Below are positions 27,575 to 32,000 of a DNA stretch of 32,000 bases, one piece after another. Each line of letters starts with the position of its first letter. Within the stretch, counting starts at the first letter, position 1. Made by a program: the position numbers and the translations under genes. The notes beneath the pieces were generated by a model, which was given only the letters and a program-made list of their open reading frames with translations, had not been told where the DNA came from and did not search any database. Where the stretch lies: the NCBI GenBank assembly GCA_034111105.1, contig JAWUXY010000047.1:3519-35518 (forward strand), written 5' to 3'. The stretch comes from Bermanella sp. (GTDB taxonomy: Bacteria; Pseudomonadota; Gammaproteobacteria; Pseudomonadales; Oceanobacteraceae).

Positions 27575-29644
27575 ATGGCTCTTAGCAACAGTGCAAATCC
27601 AAAACAGGACAAGCTCAGTCGCAAAAAATTAAGCTTAATTAATGAGCTTAAAAAGCAGACGTTTTTGTTATTTGATGAAACCCAAAACCATCATGATCAC
27701 AAGGTGCGTCAACAAGCATTAAAAGGTGCCAAATCTTTTATCATGCAAGCACTGGATATCGCACCGCTGGATGGTGATAGTCTTAATCTTTTAACAAGGA
27801 TTGAGCTGGAATCCGGTCAATTCGAAAAAGCGCATCACGCTATCGAACAAGCCTTAACCGAACACCCTCAAAATGCGGGCTACTGGTACAGTGCCGGTCA
27901 CGTTGCACTCGCTTTACATGATTTTAATGAAGCCGAACAAGCATTTAAGCAAGCCATTGCACTGGCGCCGAATCAAACGCGCGCAGAAGTAAGCTTGGCT
28001 TACACCTTGGTTGAGCAGGGACGAAAAGTTGAGGCTTTTCAGTTATACAGGCAACTGGTCAAAACAAACGCCCAAGATGTACAAATTCGTAGCCGCCTAC
28101 TACACAGTGCACAGGGATTAGTAGCCGATTATTATGATCCAGAACTTGAACAAGATTTAATTAGTTATTTAAATTGGGACGATCTCAATTTGAATCAGCT
28201 CTCTCATTTATGCTGCAGCGTTTTAATTTACAAGTTCAAATTGAACAATCAAGGCAGCGCCTCTTCATTTAATGATATGGCTAACTCTATTTTATTATTG
28301 AAAACGTTACAAAATACTATTATTAAAAATGAGTTACTTGAGAAGCTAATCATTGCGCTGCGCCAAGAATTATTGGCCCATGCCAGTAAAAAAGGCCGCT
28401 TAATTAATCAGTATGTGCCGTTATGTGAAGCCTTATGCCAATATGCATTGAACAATGAATTCTTAATGCCTTACACAGAAGCTGAGCGCTCAATGGTGTT
28501 AACGCTTAAAACCATGATTGAACAATCATTAACACAACCGGGCTGCACACCCACTGATATATCTGGTGCACTCATGCTGTTTGCCATGTATGAATCTTGG
28601 TACACCATAGACAACCATAAAATTTTATTCGATTTTGATAATAGTAGCTGGCCTGCTATTAGTTTTGATATAAAAGTGGCGCATGATCGCTTACTGCATG
28701 AACAACATTTTGAATTTAACACCCTGACATCGATATCAGAAGGTAACCCTCACGAAGTTAAAACACAGTATGAGCGTTTCCCTTATCCTAGATGGCAGTT
28801 TTTAGATAATAAAAATGTCACGAACTATGGTCGAGCACTTCAGCATGAGTTTCCATGGATTAACGTGCCGACGTCTATTTTATCGCAACCATTAAATATT
28901 TTAGTGGCAGGCTGTGGTACAGGTCGTCATGCACTGAATGTTGCAAAATACTTTTACAACACCCATGTAACAGCCTTAGATATTAGCGAAACCAGTTTAA
29001 GCTATGCGTATAAAAAATCCGCTGAATTAGACATTGAAAATATTGAATTTCATTTAGCCGATTTAACCAAGCTTTCAAAACTAGACCAACCATTTGATAT
29101 TGTAGAGTGCTCAGGTGTTTTGCATCACATTCAAGATTATAAGACGGCATTAAATGGTTTACTGTGCAACCTAAAGCCAAATGGCTTTTTAAAATTATCG
29201 CTATACAGTAAACGCGCTCGTAAACCGGTTTATCAAATTCGTAAAGCCTATAAACACGGCGGCATCGAAAAAAATGAGCAAGACATTCGAATATTACGCC
29301 ATGCTATATTTGCCGATGACAAAATTGAAGATAAACATCTAATTACCGAATCTGATGATTTTTACAGCATGAGCGGCGTGGTGGATTTATTACTGCATGA
29401 ATATGAAGTAGGGTTTACACCAAAATCGATTAAAGCATTATGCGACACACATCAGTTGATGTTTTTGGGGTTCTCTAACCTGGATACGCAACTAAAAGAG
29501 TCATTTAAACAATTTATTGGCTCTGATTGTGCGCTAGACAATCTAGACCAATGGGAATTATTTGAGAAAAAACACCCAAACACATTCAGCGCTATGTTCC
29601 AATTTTACTGCCAGTACAAGCCACAATTAAAATCGATGAACTAG
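27575..29644 (+). CDS. TPR repeat protein with C-terminal SAM-dependent methyltransferase domain
   Basis: N-terminal TPR helices (NAGYWYSAGHVALALHDFNEAEQAFKQAIALAPNQTRAEVSLAYTLVEQGRKVEAFQLYRQLV); class I MTase motif I NILVAGCGTGRHALNVAKYF and FDIVECSGVLHHIQDYKTAL; RBS AAAGGA. Confidence 0.85.
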   Translation: MALSNSANPKQDKLSRKKLSLINELKKQTFLLFDETQNHHDHKVRQQALKGAKSFIMQALDIAPLDGDSLNLLTRIELESGQFEKAHHAIEQALTEHPQNAGYWYSAGHVALALHDFNEAEQAFKQAIALAPNQTRAEVSLAYTLVEQGRKVEAFQLYRQLVKTNAQDVQIRSRLLHSAQGLVADYYDPELEQDLISYLNWDDLNLNQLSHLCCSVLIYKFKLNNQGSASSFNDMANSILLLKTLQNTIIKNELLEKLIIALRQELLAHASKKGRLINQYVPLCEALCQYALNNEFLMPYTEAERSMVLTLKTMIEQSLTQPGCTPTDISGALMLFAMYESWYTIDNHKILFDFDNSSWPAISFDIKVAHDRLLHEQHFEFNTLTSISEGNPHEVKTQYERFPYPRWQFLDNKNVTNYGRALQHEFPWINVPTSILSQPLNILVAGCGTGRHALNVAKYFYNTHVTALDISETSLSYAYKKSAELDIENIEFHLADLTKLSKLDQPFDIVECSGVLHHIQDYKTALNGLLCNLKPNGFLKLSLYSKRARKPVYQIRKAYKHGGIEKNEQDIRILRHAIFADDKIEDKHLITESDDFYSMSGVVDLLLHEYEVGFTPKSIKALCDTHQLMFLGFSNLDTQLKESFKQFIGSDCALDNLDQWELFEKKHPNTFSAMFQFYCQYKPQLKSMN

Positions 29645-29663
29645 CCGCCTAAAACAATCACCA

Positions 29664-29698
29664 TAAAAAAGCCCCGTTAATCAAAGATTAACGGGGCT
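29664..29698 (-). terminator. Strong intrinsic terminator: AGCCCCGTTAATC-TTT-GATTAACGGGGCT-TTTTT
   Basis: Perfect 13-bp stem with 3-nt loop and T-run on the minus strand, between two convergent genes. Confidence 0.95.
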
Positions 29699-29726
29699 AA
29701 AGTTAGACCGCTATTATTTTAATTTT

Positions 29727-32000
29727 TTACTTGGGTGACCCCATATCTAACCATTCAGCAATTAACTTACGCTCTTGTGGCGTTAGCATATTTTTATGTT
29801 GTTCCCATACATTTTGTTTAGCCGCTTCTACTTCAACTGGACGGAAAACCCAGTGCTTGTGATCGCTATCTTGTGCAAACACATCAAAGAAGTTTGCACT
29901 GCTAATGGCACCTAAAGGATTCATCAATGACTGACCGTAACAGCTAAAGCAATCGTTTTCTGGCTGCATAACAAACGGCGCTTCAACATAACGACGGCAG
30001 TGACTGTCGCTTACTTCGCTAAAGGTAGACGCTAAGTACATGTAAGTACGATTATTATCAAACAGCGCATTATAAGACGCTAAGCCTTCCGGCTGTGAAC
30101 TAAAGTCACTTAAATCTAAACTCGTAAAACCACGATTATCATGACAGTCAACACAACTGTTACCGGCTTCATTGCGTGTCACGTTATTCCACAATGGTTT
30201 GATGTGCTGCTCGTAAGAAATACTGGCGACACAATCTGTTGCAGGATTCTGCTCACATGCTGCATTAGTCGGTGTTTGTGTGGTAAGTGCATCATAGCCA
30301 AGAGAAATTGACTCGTTTGCAGTTGCACTGTCTGGTGTCCAGTAATCATTGTAAGTCATGATCGGCATTAGCTCACCGACGTAAACCGCATCAGCAAATA
30401 ATGCTTGAGCCATAGTTTGACCCAACGCCTGCGCTTCAATTTCACCTGACGTATTAGCGAACGCACCTAACTGGGTTACGCCAGCATTAATCGATGATTT
30501 GGTGCTATTAACGTTAAAGCCATTAAATTCCTGTTGCTCTTCTTCTGCCGCTTGCAACCAACCAGCGTAGCGTTGCATATAAGTGTAAGGGAATTCGCTT
30601 GCTGCCATTTGACCAGATTCGTTATTCAACGCTTTACCTTGCTTATTTACCACTTCAAAGGTGTAACGCGTATTAGCCGGGATCTGAAACATAACAGAGC
30701 CATCAGGTTGAATCGGCGCGTATCCATTAAGAACCAATTGCTCGTCAACGTTTTGAGTGTAAACACGAACAAAGCGTTCACTGCGTTGATCCATTGGCAA
30801 TGCCATTGGGTTCGCGGCTAAACCTTGTGCACTCATGTCAACACCGTTTAGATCATAAACAGAACGAATATGAACAGTGGCTACCACGGCATCTGGCTCA
30901 GCCGGTAATGGCTCTTCAATTAACGTCACATCTACGTTTACTTTTTTCGTGGCAGTAGTAATGGCGTTATTGTCGGTATCGGTATCTTGCACCTTAGCAA
31001 TTACGTTTAAGGTAAAGTCTGCAGCCAGCGCTTTATCAAGTGTAATAATCGCTTGTGATGCACTGGTATCTGATAGTGTCCATGACAAGTCTGAATTCAT
31101 CACGGCATTATTAACAATGGCACCTAAAGGTAGATTGTTTAACGTGATACTTTCAATTTTCTCTGAGCCATCTGTATCCACCAAACCAGCCGTCAAATTA
31201 ATAATAACTTGAGAGCCAGAAATAACGTCGCCATCAGTATGTGCAACCGATTGGAAATTGTTATACACCAATGAACCGCCTGACTTAAATTTAACAGTAC
31301 CAGAACCGGTGCCTTGAGCGATGTGTTGATCAATAATCTGCGATGCAATGATCAATGTGTTGTTGCCTGCGTCACCGGTAATCGAGGTGTTTTTTGCATT
31401 ACCCCAACCTAAAACACTGACACTATCATTGCCCTCACCCATCGACACACTGCCAGCATTGGCTTGCGCGCCAGTGATAATGAAATAATCATTACCTTTA
31501 GTGCCATTTGATACTTTATTGGCCTTAAGTTCACCCAATGTTTTGTTTTCACCTTTCTGAGCTTGGTTAATCAGTGCATGGGCATCTTCAAGTGACGCGT
31601 TGAGCGTTGGCTTATCAGCAGCTGCATTCACTGTGATGTTTAAAGCACCCGCGCGAGTTTTCGTTACATCACCTTTGGTAAAGGTCACCGATGTTGTCAT
31701 CGCAACATCATTACCGCTGTGCAATACAGGTGTAAATGTTAAACCGGTTAATTGGGCTGGCGTCATGACCCAAGTGCCATCACCTTGATTCTCGCCGGCA
31801 CTAAACTGAGCACCGATAGGCGCATTGCTAATTTTAACGGCACCCATGATTCCAGCATCAATCCACTCTTGGAATGGCGCAAGGTCAATATTAAGTGCAG
31901 CAATAACATCTTCATTAGTTGAAGCAGTTGCATTCACTGACGCACCTAATGTTTCAGGGTCAACTGGATCCGTCGGATCCGTCGGATCAGTCGGATCAGT
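29727..32000 (-). CDS. Partial: surface-type protein with (TDP)n linker and adhesin-like repeats, fused to an HzsA-like cytochrome region with one CXXCH
   Basis: The frame stays open upstream of the track's GTG start (31937) to position 32000 (TDPTDPTDPTDPVDPETLGASVNATAS...). C-terminus has CVDCH and LTPQERKLIAEWLDMGSPK. Confidence 0.75.
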   Translation of the reverse strand, partial: TDPTDPTDPTDPVDPETLGASVNATASTNEDVIAALNIDLAPFQEWIDAGIMGAVKISNAPIGAQFSAGENQGDGTWVMTPAQLTGLTFTPVLHSGNDVAMTTSVTFTKGDVTKTRAGALNITVNAAADKPTLNASLEDAHALINQAQKGENKTLGELKANKVSNGTKGNDYFIITGAQANAGSVSMGEGNDSVSVLGWGNAKNTSITGDAGNNTLIIASQIIDQHIAQGTGSGTVKFKSGGSLVYNNFQSVAHTDGDVISGSQVIINLTAGLVDTDGSEKIESITLNNLPLGAIVNNAVMNSDLSWTLSDTSASQAIITLDKALAADFTLNVIAKVQDTDTDNNAITTATKKVNVDVTLIEEPLPAEPDAVVATVHIRSVYDLNGVDMSAQGLAANPMALPMDQRSERFVRVYTQNVDEQLVLNGYAPIQPDGSVMFQIPANTRYTFEVVNKQGKALNNESGQMAASEFPYTYMQRYAGWLQAAEEEQQEFNGFNVNSTKSSINAGVTQLGAFANTSGEIEAQALGQTMAQALFADAVYVGELMPIMTYNDYWTPDSATANESISLGYDALTTQTPTNAACEQNPATDCVASISYEQHIKPLWNNVTRNEAGNSCVDCHDNRGFTSLDLSDFSSQPEGLASYNALFDNNRTYMYLASTFSEVSDSHCRRYVEAPFVMQPENDCFSCYGQSLMNPLGAISSANFFDVFAQDSDHKHWVFRPVEVEAAKQNVWEQHKNMLTPQERKLIAEWLDMGSPK

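Noticed and set aside
29937-29951. CFSCY as a second heme-binding motif
   Set aside because: The heme-c consensus needs CXXCH; here the fifth residue is Tyr, so it is not counted as a heme site.

Overview
This window is mostly one long, tightly packed minus-strand flagellar and chemotaxis locus of a gammaproteobacterium. In transcription order it reads: fliS; fleQ; fleS-fleR; fliE-F-G-H-I-J; a STAS protein; cheY-cheA-cheW; a multi-PAS methyl-accepting protein (MCP); cheR-cheD-cheB; an hsbA/hsbR/hptB-like partner-switch module; fliK; fliL-M-N; and the first codons of a probable fliO at the left edge. A plus-strand TPR-methyltransferase gene (27575-29644) follows. The last CDS is partial, minus strand, and joins adhesin-like repeats to an HzsA-like cytochrome region. 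I found no CRISPR array, tRNA or rRNA, transposase, or recognisable defence island. The most interesting points are: (1) a che2-like (cheYAW-mcp-cheRDB) module plus an Hsb-type partner switch sitting between fliJ and fliK; (2) a chemoreceptor with four tandem ~130-aa PAS units of apparent Aer2/heme type, the middle two nearly identical at DNA level, and a C-terminal DWQEF CheR-tether; (3) sigma-54 type (GG-N10-GC) promoter candidates before fliL, fliK, fliE, fleS and the TPR-methyltransferase gene, with FleQ-box-like sequences near fleS and fleQ; (4) a long acidic FliH tail containing a hexanucleotide microsatellite; (5) an adhesin-like/cytochrome fusion with one intact CXXCH and one apparently degenerate heme site. 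All family assignments come from reading the sequence and recalled motifs; no database search was run.
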